Below are positions 13,337 through 27,125 of a stretch of DNA of 64,000 nt, one piece after another. Within the stretch, counting starts at the first letter, position 1. Each line of letters starts with the position of its first letter. Source of the DNA: Balanoglossus misakiensis (taxonomy: Eukaryota; Animalia; Hemichordata); assembly GCA_040954595.2 (NCBI GenBank), contig CM082587.2:4886206-4950205 (forward strand), read 5' to 3'. The notes beneath the pieces are model-generated. The model was not told the DNA's origin and made no database searches. It was given only the letters and a program-made list of their open reading frames with translations. The position numbers and the translations under genes were made by a program.

Positions 13337-16250
13337 ATGGGCGCCGTGGCAATCGCGACGATAGTTCTCTCTCTGCTCGCGGGCGAGTTCGCCGTGTACT
13401 GTTACGACGCTCCGGTCGCCACTCTGGCCAGTGGTGGGAAGGTGCTCGGTCGACGCCTGGACATACTCGGAACCAAAGTCGACGCCTTTCTGGGAGTGCG
13501 CTACGCCGAGGCTCCCGTAGGGGACCTCAGGTTCCAAGTGGCGAGGCCGGTGAGCGAATCGTGGGAGAGGGGCCAAATACAAAACGCCACCCTGTTTGGA
13601 AGCGCCTGTTGGCAGGTCTATCCCGGGCACTACAACGATTTCACCGGCCACGTATGGTGGAGTACGACGGACGTCATGAGCGAGGACTGTTTGTTCCTCA
13701 ACGTGTGGACGCCGTACCCAAAGCCCAGCGATTCCCCCGTCTTCGTGTTCATCCACGGCGGGAGTTTCCAGATGGGGTCGACGTCGACGCTCCTGTACCG
13801 GGGCGACACGTTGGCGGCCGTCGAGAACTGTGTCGTGGTCAGTATGAACTACCGGCTGGGCTCGCTCGGCTTCTCCGCCTTCTACACGGAGAACGAACCC
13901 GGCAACCTGGGTCTCATCGACCAGGCAATGGCCCTGATGTGGGTCAAGAGGAACATTGCGCATTTTGGCGGCGATCCGAAGAGGGTCACTTTGATCGGCC
14001 ACAGCGCCGGAGCCGCCAGCGTCGGTTTCCATCTGCTGTCGCCCCTGAGTCGGAGCAGAAACCTGTTCCACAGAGCAATCTTGCAGAGCGGGGTTCCGAA
14101 CGCTCCCTGGGCGATGACCTACAAGAACGACACCCTGTGGGCAGTTGGCAAAATGGCGAAAGCGCTGAACTGCCCGACGTGGTTCCTAAACCCCCGCGTG
14201 GAATACGGGGAAATCGTCCAAGAGACGCTGTCGTGTCTGCGCGAGCGAGATCCCAGCGAATTTTACGCAATCAACTGGAATACCAGTATGCCCATACTGA
14301 ACACCGTCGTGGTGGACGGCCACTTCCTGCCCGATGACCCGCAGGAAATGCTCGCCATGAAGAAAGTCAAGAAGAAACGCGTCCCCATCCTCATCGGCAC
14401 GGTCAACGACGACTCAGTCTTAAACATACCGCTGCACGAGTTCTCCATGTGGGCGGAGATCGAGGAGATTCTGCTGACATACGACGAGGAGACCTACAAC
14501 GCCCACGTGGACTTGCTGCTGGCCTCGCCGGGCAGGCCAATAGCTGACGCCGTGGCTTTCCAGTACAGGGACTGGTCGGATCCCCACAACGGCGAGCGAC
14601 TCCACCGCAGTATCATAGACATGTGGGGGGACTACTGCATGCTGTGCCCGATCAAGGAGTTCGCCAAGTACTACTCTATGACCGGAAATGACGTTTATGC
14701 CTACAACTTCTATCACCGGCCGACCAATAGCCCGTACCCACACTGGATGGGCATTCTGCACGCGGACGACTTGAGTTTTACACTCGGGCGCGCCTTACAC
14801 GAAGAGGAAAATCTCACCGACGACGAAAAGAGATTGAGTCGAAGAATTATGAGATACATGGGAAATTTCGGAAGGACCGGGTAAGTTGTAAATATTGGTC
14901 GTGTAACCCCTTTAACAATGGCACCAAATTTGGATGTCGTGTACCTAGTTATTGGTTGATTGATTGATTGATTGATCGCATTTGGTTGGCTGGCTGGCTG
15001 GTTGTTCGCTCAAACGATTGATTGATTGATTGATCGGTAGGGTCGTCCTTACCGCCGCTTCCCCCTTCCCTTCTGTGACGATAAATCTACACCGATCCAA
15101 GATATCAGTTCTCGTGGCTAACTTTCAGGCTTCCCTGTCGGGTCGTCATTTGAGTAATTGTCCCTAATCCGCATACACTGACATGACGAGAAAATCCGTA
15201 TATAATTGTAATGAAGCATACGATTGTGCAAGCTGATCGGATTAGTATACGGAGGTGAGGAAAGCTTTCCTCGCCTCCGCTTTCGAAAGCCAGATCCGGC
15301 AGGTGTCGAAATATGCAAATGACCTGCAAATGGCTTTGATGAGCATCCGGTCCTTTGACAGTAGAATTCACAGTACCAGATTATAGACACTTTACTTGAC
15401 TAAATGCAGGAAAGCTTACGTTTAAATTATCAGTTTTCTGCTTGATTCACGATTTCGAACCCGGTGAACACTACGATGTTTTAATGAGGGAAAAGACGGT
15501 ACGTGCATGTTTATTTGAATAGCCGAACATGAAAAATGGTTTCTTTTTTGGGATTGTCATTGCTGTTTATAGCCTTTGTCTGTTCAATGTACAAACCCGC
15601 AGAAAAAAACCTAAATTTACATTTTGTTTGGTTTTGTTGTGTTTCGTTTTGGTTCGTTTCTTCACAGAAATCCGAACGAGTACCACGACTTCTCACTGTT
15701 TTTGCAAACGTGGCCAAAACACACGGTTGACAGTCCGGTCCACCTGACTCTGAACCAGGATCTCGTGGAGAGTCACGCCCCCATCGGTCGGTTCGGAAAA
15801 GTGACGGAATGTGCGTTTTGGAGTCAGCTGGTGCCGCGCCTGGCCAACGAATTATATCGGAATAAGGGAACCCAATTTCGTCCCACGCTGAACCAGGGGT
15901 TCCATCCGATATACCTAGATTCGTACATGTCTGAAGTCGAAATTATACTCCCAGGTTAGGCTTTTGTCTTTTTTATCTGATACCCTACGGGGAAAATTCC
16001 CATTCCTATTAAAAGATTCGAAATCCATGACGGTACATACTATTTTTGAGTTGATTTATATATATTTAAATTTGGAAAAATAGCATTTGACACGGTCACA
16101 TTTCTTGCAGACGACAACGCTGCTGTCGGAGATGGCAGAAATGACCGCTGCTCAAAAGCGCGCCGCACAGTTTCGTGGTCCGTTGTTCTGGTCGGCGCCG
16201 CCGTGATGTCGTTTGCACTTTATCTAGGGGGTCATACGAACACCCTATGA
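13337..16250 (+). CDS. Cholinesterase-like type-B carboxylesterase, paralog 1. Exons 13337-14880, 15668-15954, 16111-16250
   Basis: Signal peptide; SEDCLFLNVW, FIHGGSF, nucleophile GHSAG, WMGILHADDL, NFGRTG|NPN and CAFW motifs. GT-AG junctions keep the frame. Exon 3 encodes a hydrophobic C-terminus. If intron 2 is retained, the ORF stops at 15959. Confidence 0.92.
14952..15035. repeat. Intronic (GATT)n/(GGCT)n microsatellite
   Basis: Visible tetranucleotide runs. Confidence 0.8.
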
Positions 16251-17048
16251 CATATCATTCTATCTTAGACGCCAGTGGAGAAACGAGGCACAAACAACGC
16301 ATTATGATGACGTCGTGGGTCAATGGGGAAAGAAGCATACATGTTTTTGCAGTTAACCCCTAGACTGTCAATACGTGATTTGGAAGGGAATGCAGTGACT
16401 CACACGGCCAGACGTTGATATAAAAAATCGGATTTTACTTTTGAGTTAATTTTTTTTTAAATCTGGTTAAAGTTAAGTGGAAAATAACATTTTTATCTGG
16501 CACAATCCCTTCGGAGAAATCCTAAAAAGCAACACTGCCTCACTTGTTTCAAGGAATGCCTTAAAATATTTAGCTTTAACGTATTGATGACATGCTAACG
16601 TGACCTGCAGGCCGCACGACGTGTGTTATTTTTAAGTCTGTTTTAAATAAATAAAGAGCTGTTTATTTTGTATTTAAAATACAGCGTTATACTAGCACTG
16701 TGACATCAGTGACTTGAATTAAATGATCGATGACGACTCACTTGCTATTTTGTACACTTTTTATGTTATCTATGTAAATACACTTAGAGTACAATGACGT
16801 GCTATCTGAGATATTTGGTGATGCATATCTGGACGAGTTTTAGTGAGCTGTATATTAGAACTTTCGAATCGCCGATCTGGCCTTAGGAAAATGATACAAA
16901 AATAACAGATATGATATGTAAAGGAAATTTAATAGTAATGTAATCGGATTTCAATAAATACAAGAAATTTCTTTATTCACAGAATATTCTAGTCGTACGT
17001 GATATGTTCGTCTTCCCTTGGTAGCTTTCTTATACCCGTGTTTGTCTT

Positions 17049-17108
17049 TCCCTCCTTCCTTCCTTCCTTCCTTCCTTCCTTCCTTCCCTCCCTCCCTCCC
17101 TCCCTCCC
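17049..17108. repeat. (CCTT)n(CCCT)n polypyrimidine microsatellite
   Basis: Visible tetranucleotide runs. Confidence 0.9.
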
Positions 17109-19022
17109 GAAAAACAATACAATACAATAGCGAAATATCTCAATCTTCATTTTGACAAAATAGCCTGGAAAGAACCACGGAACGATACATTTGGTGGCCG
17201 CTTCGGAATGGTAGCGCCCTGCGATTGTATACACTAATTAACCACACATCTCTTTAAACAAAAGTCACTGAATTTCAAACAGGACTCGCACAACGTAATT
17301 AATCAAACGTTTCTGCCGCAAGTCTGCTACAAAATATTTACTCTACCCAGAGAAATGTCAAGATGTCAAATAACTAAAGGGGACACATGACCCGACCTTT
17401 CGCGGTAAGATTTATAGAGTCAGGACTGGAAACTTTTGATTTTTTCGTTGTTGGTTTTTCTATTCGTCACTGTTCCACTATCCGACGCGCGTTCTCCGGC
17501 CAAATTTTCGGCCTATCGCCACATGTAGCGTGAGTATTATTGATATTTTCGGCAACAGGGTTCAAGGTAGATTTGATTTTGTTTCCCGTTATATAAACGA
17601 GTATGGACTCAATTTAAAAGCATATTCCTCTGAAAGCATAGTGAACGGGAAACCAGGTCAATGCCTCCGGCGAAAGTGTCACCTTCCCAGGGTTGGTCAA
17701 CATTGTGTATACGGCTCGCATGACCGCACTTTTCCTCGTCTGGAGTTTCGTTGTATATTCCCAACGGCAAAAACGGCCTTACAGAAGTCTGGGGAAAACC
17801 AACTACAGAACCTCACTGCGACTCGAGAGTGGCGCGCAGGCCAGTCAGAAAGGATGCTTTCTCAGGGTTATGACCGGGGGTCAGTCAATGCTTTATGTGT
17901 ACATGGAAAATTGAATAACCCCCCACCGGAGAGAAATCATGACCTTTCCTGTATTAGAGCCAGAAGTTCTTTGCCCTTAGAAGAATGTGGTTCTTTCCTT
18001 TGCAGAGGTAGTTCAGCTGGAACGTTACATAAACGTGACGTTTGCGTCAGCCTATTAACATTCATCCGCATTGCCAAATTTGAATTATAATGGTCGTTCG
18101 GGGATAAAATCAATATGCAGTACTTGTCACTGTGAATTGCATAATCTTCTGTTTCTCCGCTATCTTTCTGATCGCAAGCGAGTCTCTGTCACATTTGTTC
18201 GCAATCGGTCGTCGAAATCGTCATCAAATTTTCGAATTATAAAAAAAAATGCTGTAATTCAAGATGTATGTCAAAAACAACAACACAAAAGGATAAAATT
18301 TGATTTCTCGACAAGGGCGTGTCTCAAAAGCGTAAATGAAAAGGCCTATGGCATTACACAGCCTAGCCCGACAGTTTCGGCAAGTTCAAATCAACTTCCT
18401 CCTCGGAGAAATGTGATGTGTGAGAGGTATATCATGGCACTCGCGGTGAAAAGTTCCACCTTTACAGTTTCACAAACAGAGAGAGATACTATTTCATTAA
18501 TTTTCACAAACATGACCCACCCTGCTTTCCACCCACCCCTTTTTGCAATTACAAGTCAGGCTTTTATTATAAGACCGATGCACAACACAAACCGCGTATA
18601 CACGTCACTCCGTCGCCTCACCGGGTCCCCGATGCGGCGCGCCGAGATAGCGGGAAACGAAACATGATCGCCGGGCGGAAGAATCAAATGACCGATCGAA
18701 AATAGCGAAAAAAAAGTTACGTTTCATAGCGTTACACCGATAATCTTATCACCGGTATCAAGTACCACCAGTGTACGTATGTATGTTTGGTATTTCTGAA
18801 AAGTGCACTTATATATAACTTTGATGGTTTATCATTGCGGTCTGAATTACGGCCAGGAAGTTTATGTGTGCGGCTCGCACGGTTTCCACACGAGCGCGTT
18901 TACTAGTACACCGGGACTAGAAACCCCGAGGGTGATTATTACGAGGGCAGACTATTTTATGGTGAAGAAACCGAGGGACGGGACTGATTGGAATTTACCT
19001 GCTGCGTTTGGGGGAAAACATC

Positions 19023-22000
19023 ATGAGTCGCTTTACTTGTTCAGTTTGCGTTTCCTATGTTTTGGCTCTGGCGAGCCTGCACATCGGAGAGTTTTGCGTG
19101 CGAGGCGATGATGACAGTGCCAGTGATCCGGTCGTGGCTGTCGGCGGAGGAAGGGGAAAACTGCTCGGCCGACGTCTGGACATCGTCGGGTCCAAGGTGG
19201 ACGCGTTCCTGGGCGTGCGCTACGCCGAGCCCCCGGTCGGGGAGCGCAGGTTCCAGATCGCCAAGCCGGTCGACGGGTCGTGGGAAGGGGTGCAAAACGC
19301 GACCGAGTTTGGGAGTGCCTGTTGGCAGACCTACACCTACATTCCGGAGAATTACACCGGGCATCCGTGGTGGACGACAAGGGACGAGCGGAGCGAGGAC
19401 TGCCTGTTTCTGAACGTGTGGACGCCCTTTCCCAGACCCGTCGACGCGGCCCCGGTCTTCGTGTTCATTCACGGGGGGAGTTTTCATGTGGGGTCGACGT
19501 CGACGATTCTCTACCGGGGCGACACGCTGGCTGCCGTTGACAATTGCGTTGTGGTGAGCATGAACTACAGGCTGGGCCCGTTCGGCTTTGCCGCTTTCTA
19601 CACAGAATCCGAACCTGGGAATCTGGGTCTCTTCGACCAAATCCTGGCCTTGAGGTGGGTGAAGGCTAACATTGCTAATTTCGGCGGCGATCCGGGCAGC
19701 GTCACGTTGATCGGCCACAGCGCCGGTGCATCGAGCGTGGGTTTTCATTTGCTGTCGCCGGTGAATACGAAAGAAAAGTTATACCACAGAGCCATTTTGC
19801 AGAGCGGCGCCCCAAACACTCCCTGGGCAATGACTTACAAAGAAGAAGCTCTCCGGGCCGTGGGTCAAATGGCCCACATGTTAAAGTGTCCAACTTGGTA
19901 CGAGGACGGCAAAAGCAGGACTGGACACGAAGCGATCGTTGCCGAGACGCTGTCGTGCCTCCGCCAGCGGAAACCCGAGGAGTTCTTCAAATCGGACTCA
20001 ACCATCCCGAACGCCGCCGTCGTCGACGGCAACTTCCTGGCCGACAATCCGATACCGTTGTTGGACGACATGTACAGCAACCCGGGCGAGTTTGGGACGG
20101 TGGCGCCCGTTCCCGTTCTCCTGGGCATGGTGGAGGAAGAGGCGACGCTGAATCTGCCCTTCAATCAGTTCGGCACAAAATACACGCTGGAAAAAATACG
20201 CGAAACGTACAGCACCGAGTACAGGCGGCACATCGATATTCTGTTCACCTCCACCGGCGAGCAGATCAAGGACGCCATCGACTTCCACTACAGAAACTGG
20301 TCCGACCCGGAGAACGGCACATACCTGCACCGCGGCATGATCGACCTGTGGAGCGACTACTGCATGTACTGCCCCGTTCGCGAGTTCGCCAAGTACTACA
20401 GCATGAACGGAAACGACGTGTTCGCCTACAGGTTCAACCACCGGCCGACGAACAGCCCCTACCCGGAGTGGATGGGCATGCTGCACGCCGACGAACTGAG
20501 CTTCACTCTCGGGCGGGCTTTGCACGAGGAGGAGAATTTAACCGACGCGGAAAAGGTGTTCAGTCGCTCAGTCATGAGATATTGGAGCAATTTCGGAAGA
20601 ACAGGGTGAGTATAATCCAAGGAGACGCAGCATCACACAGCCCCTGGTTTGCTGCTTGATAAATTACTCAGTAAAACCGATTTTCATTATTTTAGGATAC
20701 AAAACTGACCAGCAATTTCAAGCTGCCAGAGATGACTGAAAATAGGTAATGCAAAGAAAGTGTTAGTTTTTATGTTTCGAATAAGAGATGAAGGTTTAGA
20801 AATAATGACTTGTATTGGCACTGCTAATTGGTCGAAAGTTTTGGACTGGCTGCGGTGGTGACCTGACAGGCCAACTTAAACTAGATAAACGAGAATAGAC
20901 GAGGATAAACGAGATAAAAGGAAACCCCCATGCATCAATGTGGGAATGGAGTGGGTGGTGGCGGCGGTGGTGGCGCTGGTGGTAAATCTTATGTAATACA
21001 TAATTAGCTGTTAACGCAAGATTTGAGAAAACGACGGTTCAACCAATCAAATTTAACGTCTTTGCAAATGATGACACCCGTTCCCATTAAGATGTAAATT
21101 ATTGAGACACGCCTGGAGCCAGCAACAAAGCGAATTGGAGGCCTACATAACAATTTTGGCACATAGGTAGCCATTAGTGATCGGAAATCGATTCGGAGAC
21201 ACCCACTTGGGGGGTATTACCATGTAAGGCCTTTTACCCCGCCGGCTGAAACTTCCTAAATATTGTCACGGTCCCTCGTGATATTGTTAAAATTGGGCAA
21301 GAACTAAACAGACAGCTATGATCCGGAAAGTTCTCCCGTGGCTCAAATTAATTATAGTCACGTATCCTATTGAATTTCATCCAGCAGCGCCTATTCTCCA
21401 TTGGACTGAAACCAAATGAAAATTTTAATTTTCTCTTCTAATCTACTTTCGAGGCGTGTTTTCGCGCGCCGCATGACAGTTGGTCGCGTTAGAAAAAATG
21501 TGACGCGTCACTTCTACCTTTACAATGTTTCAGGAACCCGAACGGTCGTACTGAAAACGGCACTGAACATCAGAAATGGCCGAAACACACACCAGCGAAC
21601 CCGGTTTACATGATCCTAAACCCGAACGATACGGCCCGGGACAACGCCACCATCGGTCGATTTGGCCGAGCTAGAGAGTGCGCTTTTTGGAGTCACCTCG
21701 TTCCAGAGTTGGCGGACGACGAGAAAATCCCAGTTGGATATCATCCATTGTTTCTCGACGATCTTTTCGTCATCGTCCCAGGTGACTGACCTTTATCTTC
21801 AAAAAAGGTTAATTTAGTATTTGGTTTCTTTACATGTGCCTATATATGGTCGAAATGGCGTCGCGTGGGCCACCTACTGAAAACCTGTGCATGGTTATAT
21901 TTGAATTTCCAATGGTAACAGGGGTTCGTATACCTTTAGAGAGACTGAACTTATTTGCAAGCCAGCTTCAGCGTGCAGCCAGGATTACATTCGTCATTTT

Positions 22001-22144
22001 TTGTTATAATATCCTTTTATTACAACTTTCATTTCAGAATCAGCTACACCGGTATGTTCGGGACACATGTCAAGATATCACCCAGCTTTTACAGTGATCA
22101 TTCAAATTTGCTGCATTTCACTTTTGCATCTAATAACTCTGTAA
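19023..22144 (+). CDS. Cholinesterase-like type-B carboxylesterase, paralog 2. Exons 19023-20605, 21534-21781, 22038-22144
   Basis: Same motifs as paralog 1 (SEDCLFLNVW, GHSAG, WMGMLHADEL, ECAFW) and the same intron positions and phases. The last exon reads ESATPVCSGHMSRYHPAFTVIIQICCISLLHLITL*. Confidence 0.92.
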
Positions 22145-22693
22145 CGGTAGGACACGGGGCATGCGCAGTTCAGAAATACCCGGCCATGTTTTAGTAAGTT
22201 CGCGTGGCTCGTGAATAAATAGAATTAGCTGATATCAAAAGTTGTCCAAAAATATGCAGATTAACAACGTACTGACTACACGATGCAAGTTTGCAACTCT
22301 CAAAATAATAGTCAATATAGTATGTACGAGGCTGCACATAATTATTTACTCCAGTGCGGGCAGCTGGCCTAACTATATACAAGATTAATAAAGAACACAA
22401 ACCACGTACAACATATAGGTGCATTGGGATGTATTATTGCTGTAATGAGTTAAGCATGTAAATTCACTGAAATCAATGACTTTATCTACTCATAAATTTA
22501 TATACAAATTTGATTATCGCGAATTGACCTGTTTCTGGCGAATAAATATAAATAAAACGTATGATTTCGTTAAAACAAGCCTTATCTTCTTCTTGACATA
22601 ATTATCCGAATTTCTTTTTTACTTTATACACACATTGAAGCTGCTGTAGCTATTTGACATGCAGTTGTGTCACTGTCCTGTTTTTTGTTCTTG

Positions 22694-25600
22694 TCACGAG
22701 TTCGGTGAAGGTTCCGTTTCATTGATAACGGGCAGCGGCTGCTGTGATACGCTCGAGCGTTTCCTGATCGTCTTTGCGACTGTCATGTCAAAGTCTTGCT
22801 CGTTTTGCAGGCTTGAATCGTCGCAACTGTTCGCAAACTCGTCGTTGTTATTCGCCCTGTCTGACGTCATCAGCGCCTCGCGGCCTGCTTCGACCCCTTC
22901 CGTGCTCGCCGTTGCTGTCGTCATTTTCGCGGCAGTGAAATCGTCGGTTTGAATAATAGCGGTGTCCTTTCCGTCGTTGGGGGCGCTTTCGCACACGGCG
23001 ATGATGCCCGTCGTGAGGGCGGCGATATCTTTGAACCAAGGCCTGACGGATGGGTTGAGCTTCAACAAAGAAAAGCGACGAAAGTAACTAGAAGCGTATT
23101 GAATCCGGGGGAGCAGAGAATACCAACTTGTTGACAAACATTTACCGCAGACGCCGAAGTATACTAGTATTATAGGCACAATGCTCCCAGAAATATATCT
23201 CAAGAAATGGCTTTAAAACTGTCTATTTGTACTGTGCATAAAACATTACATTGTATAGTGGGAATGGACGTGCAAATGATTTCAGCCCAATATGATGCGT
23301 ATGGCCATAGATGGTACGTGTGAAAAAAAACCCAACATGATGAGAAAATGACCCCTCGGATCAACGAAGCGGAAGTAAAGTCTTTCGGTTTAAAACCGTC
23401 GAAAATTAAACGCCGTTAAGTTTTGAAAGGTGATATGGTGTCAAAAATTCGACGCGGCATTTTCTTTTTACTAAAATGGGATACGTGTCAATGATATCAC
23501 CGCGCTTCAACGTCTGAAGGTATGGAAAGAGGGCGAGTGTTATTGTCATGCAGAAACATGATTGGGGCGCAGCTTGTCTGCTTGCAAAGGGACCAATTAG
23601 TCTCGGGCTGGAATACAAAACAGTCTGCCGCTCATGAATATATATTGACGCGAGCGAAGCGTGATAAAATTACCTATAGCCGGGTCTGCGGTCGTGTTCA
23701 CCGGAGTACCGTGGGATTCGGACAGTGGCCGGGCACCCAGCGTTATATTCAAAATTTGGGAAAGAAGAGATGGCTAGTTGTTTTCGTCAACTAAACTTGA
23801 ATCTGGTCGTGGTATTCAGAATTAATAATACATGTACTCACGTCGCAGCACCGTTCAGCCAACTGCAGAAACTCGGGCGGACAGTCTTCGCATTTCCGTC
23901 TGAAGTGTTTCACATCTAAACCGAATGACTGAAAACATAATTTACCAGAAGGGGGAAATAAGTTAGTTCTGTTTCGGGTTCGGTCTATAAGCGCCGCTCC
24001 CACCCTCTCTCTCTCATCCCATACATGTTGAACTTGAACTTATTCCATGCTATGCGGATCAAGTCTGAATATGTATCCTCGCATTTTTAGTTTTCAAAAA
24101 CAAACAAGAAACACGAATAGACCATTTTCCGGATACCATAAGACCAGATGTTACGGTAATTAACCAAGGCTGCCATGTTATCTCGCTTTTGGCAAAAACT
24201 ACACGGCTAGAACTCACGTTTGTTCTCGGAATATCGTCCGGATCTGCGTGTATTCTCGCGATGATCTCGCACAGCGTTATGCCGTACGAGAACACGTCGA
24301 CCTTTTTGTTGTAAACCTCTCCGCGCATCATCTCGGGCGCCATCCAGAAGGCCGAGCCGACCACCGACATCTTCCGAGGTGAGTCCAAAGGCACGTTCGG
24401 CTCGGCGTGCACAACCCGGGCGAGGCCGAAGTCGGCTACCACAACTTGGCGGCGATTACTTGACGACACTCGCACCAGACAGTTCTGTACCACGTCAGGA
24501 AAGTAAAAAAAATACGAGAAAAAGGTTTAAGACATGAATTTTCAAGGCTCATACCAATCTACCTTAAGCATTAAAATTGGCTTTCTCTCTGACTTAGCTG
24601 TTTCCAAACAGCCAAAGCATCCGCCTTTGGGTGCGACAGAATGCGCTGACTTCATTTCATATTTTCATAACCATGTCAGTAGATTTTACGTACCCTTGAT
24701 GTAAGGTCGCGGTGGTAAATATTCCTCTGGTGTAAGTACTCCATCCCTGCGGCTATGTCGCGGGCAAAGTTCACCCTGTCCACCCAGGGGAGGGCGTTCT
24801 CCTGATTGAGGAGCAGATCCTGGAGACACCCTCCGGAAATGTACTAGAAAATAAAAGCGGATGCAAATCGCGCCTGTTAATTTCCGGGCGGATGATTCTT
24901 TGGGTAAAAATAACATAGCATAATGCATGGACCACTTCGCGGATAATGTATCCGCAATGCATGATGGTATAATTTGCGTTCAACATAGCGTTTTCTTTAT
25001 ATCATTTAATAATACTCATACTTTTGCGCCTTTTGTGAAAATTTCAAGAAAATGACGATATTGTAACAGTGTTTTCTCAAAATACTACATGCAATGCTAT
25101 GGGGTGTGGTATTACCACGCACTGCGTCTGGGTACTGAGTCCTCTACCTTAAACATACCTCCAACATAGGATGAAGCTGCCCTTCTTTGATGCACGCACC
25201 TAACGACCGCAGTACGTTCGGGTGATCCAGCTTGTTCATCAATTCCAGCTCTTTCACTAACTTGATCTGATCCGCCCGGCTTTTCGACTTGCCAATCTTG
25301 ACAACCATGACGTCATCGTTGCTACGATTTGTAACCTGTGGGATTAAACAGACACGGAAATGGAGATTGTTCGTGGATCAACCGTATCAATCCAGCAAGC
25401 CGCAATCACGACGGTGATTGATGAAGGCTCATTTTATTACATCATCACGTCGTGTTGGAGCAATCCGCGGTTTCAGGCCGGACCGAAATGAGCCAGGAGT
25501 GTTCGTCGAACATGATGCCGACGGATGGAGCCTTCATTTCGTTTGAAAGTTTTTAATTGTTGCCTTTTAAGAAAATAGAAGCGACTTGACAATAAATCAT

Positions 25601-27125
25601 CTTAAAAATTCAAGGCCGATAATCAAAGTGCATCGGGCTTCCTTTGTCGAAGCCAAGTGGTATTACCTGTCGCCCGGGTCTGTGTTTGCGACATTCCAGT
25701 GGTCTCGGCAGAATCGTAAAAAGTGAACAACGTTTGCGCGAGCGGCGCTGTTCATGTTGATCTGGTCTCTTATCTGACGTTGAACGTCAAACTTAGTCAG
25801 GAGTGTTATATTTAAACTCGGTCGAGTCATATCACATTGCCCGTGAAGTATATTTAATTTTCTACGCCGATCTATTTAATAAATTCCTTTCCTCGTAAAA
25901 GCACATAACCCCCTTGGCCTTCAAGCAGATTGCGGTGTTTTGTCTAAAGAATGATTTACGACTTAATTTTCCAACCACGGAATTCGTTGAATGTTTCGTG
26001 CATGCGTAGATACGCTCCGTCGTTGAGTGAAGTCGTGCGTTGACCAGCGATCACAGAAAATTAGTGAATCTGTTTCATGCAATTCTTGCGACGGGTTTGC
26101 CGACCCTAATTACCTACAATTTATATCGACATCAGCAGTGTGTGCCTCCAATTTTGACAAGGTCAAATGCTGCTGATGATAAATTATAATTGCGAACGGA
26201 CCGTACTCGGTAACAAGTGTTATGCTCTAATTCCTGACCGCCTTGGACAAATAACTCGTAACTACGCCGTGATAAACCCGAAAGAAATGAAATGCCCAGC
26301 TGGGCATGGGCCCTACGCGATATGGTCGAGGCTTGCTATTATGGCTGATAGTGATATTCACATCAACAGGTGGTTCGGAGATGCCATTGTATGGCCTTTT
26401 AACACGAATACAGAGGAACAAGAAAGGAGGTTACTGCACCGCGGCGCTTTCTTCCTTGTGTAACAGAGAATGCCAAATGGAATAACTATGCTGTGTTAAT
26501 TAGTTTAATTACAACAATTTTCTGGAGCAAGACGCACTTCCCCGTAGTCGTGTCACGTTTTGAACTCGCTCACGGTGCTACTGGTAAATCTTTAGGCTTG
26601 GGAATATTGCTTGATCGAGTACAAACCCGACAAGCCAGCGCCTTCGATGCCGTTGCACTCATTGCTGGCGATGAACTGGCAATCCATACAAATTAGGAGT
26701 ACATGTAGTTTCTCATTTCACTAGAAGGCAGCATTTTATGTGCGTCAGCCGTGACGCAATGTACGGAAGTCGTCTGGGGGCCCGTGTCCTGGTGAGAATG
26801 AACGCAATTGTGATATTTCTCTCGGTAAAACACTGCCTCCATCTTCGCTTACCTTGTAAACATCGGCGAAAAACCCACTGTCCAGTTTTTCGGTCACAAA
26901 ATCCCCCCAGATAGCCAACTTCGTGACAGCGCTCAGCAAAGCGAAACACGAACTCCCTGGCTGTGGCGTTTTCGGGTCGTGTGCTGGCTGCGACGTTTCC
27001 TCGCCATTTTCTATCACCTCTCCGCCACTGGACTTGCGTACGGCCATGCCACTTCGGCTCCCCGGCCCTTCACGTTCACTATTGGCTGCAGGCGATTCGG
27101 GACGCGACGCTGACAGAAAGGCCAT
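22694..27125 (-). CDS. TESK: TESK-family (LIMK/TESK group) dual-specificity protein kinase. Exons 27125-26853, 25335-25159, 24843-24694, 24484-24218, 23928-23842, 23059-22694
   Basis: Kinase motifs SGFFADVYKV, MVVK, ELELMNKLDHPNVL, HRDLTSRNCL, DFGLA, VVGSAFWMAPE and IIARIHADPDDIPRT-SFGLD. No LIM or PDZ domain N-terminally, consistent with TESK/Cdi rather than LIMK. Confidence 0.88.
24983..25079 (+). repeat. Dispersed ~97-bp repeat, copy A (TESK intron)
   Basis: Reverse-complement match to 31403-31500 (shared core TTTGTGAAAATTTCAAGAAAATGAC). Confidence 0.8.

Noticed and set aside
17530-18667. 186-aa and 198-aa ORFs between the esterases
   Set aside because: Non-ATG starts, no recognisable motifs or splice context; likely chance ORFs.
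13325-20659. Long alternative-frame and antisense ORFs over the esterases (e.g. 13325-14071 -, 13561-14337 +, 19886-20659 +)
   Set aside because: Shadows of GC-rich codon usage in the real CDS; no motifs.
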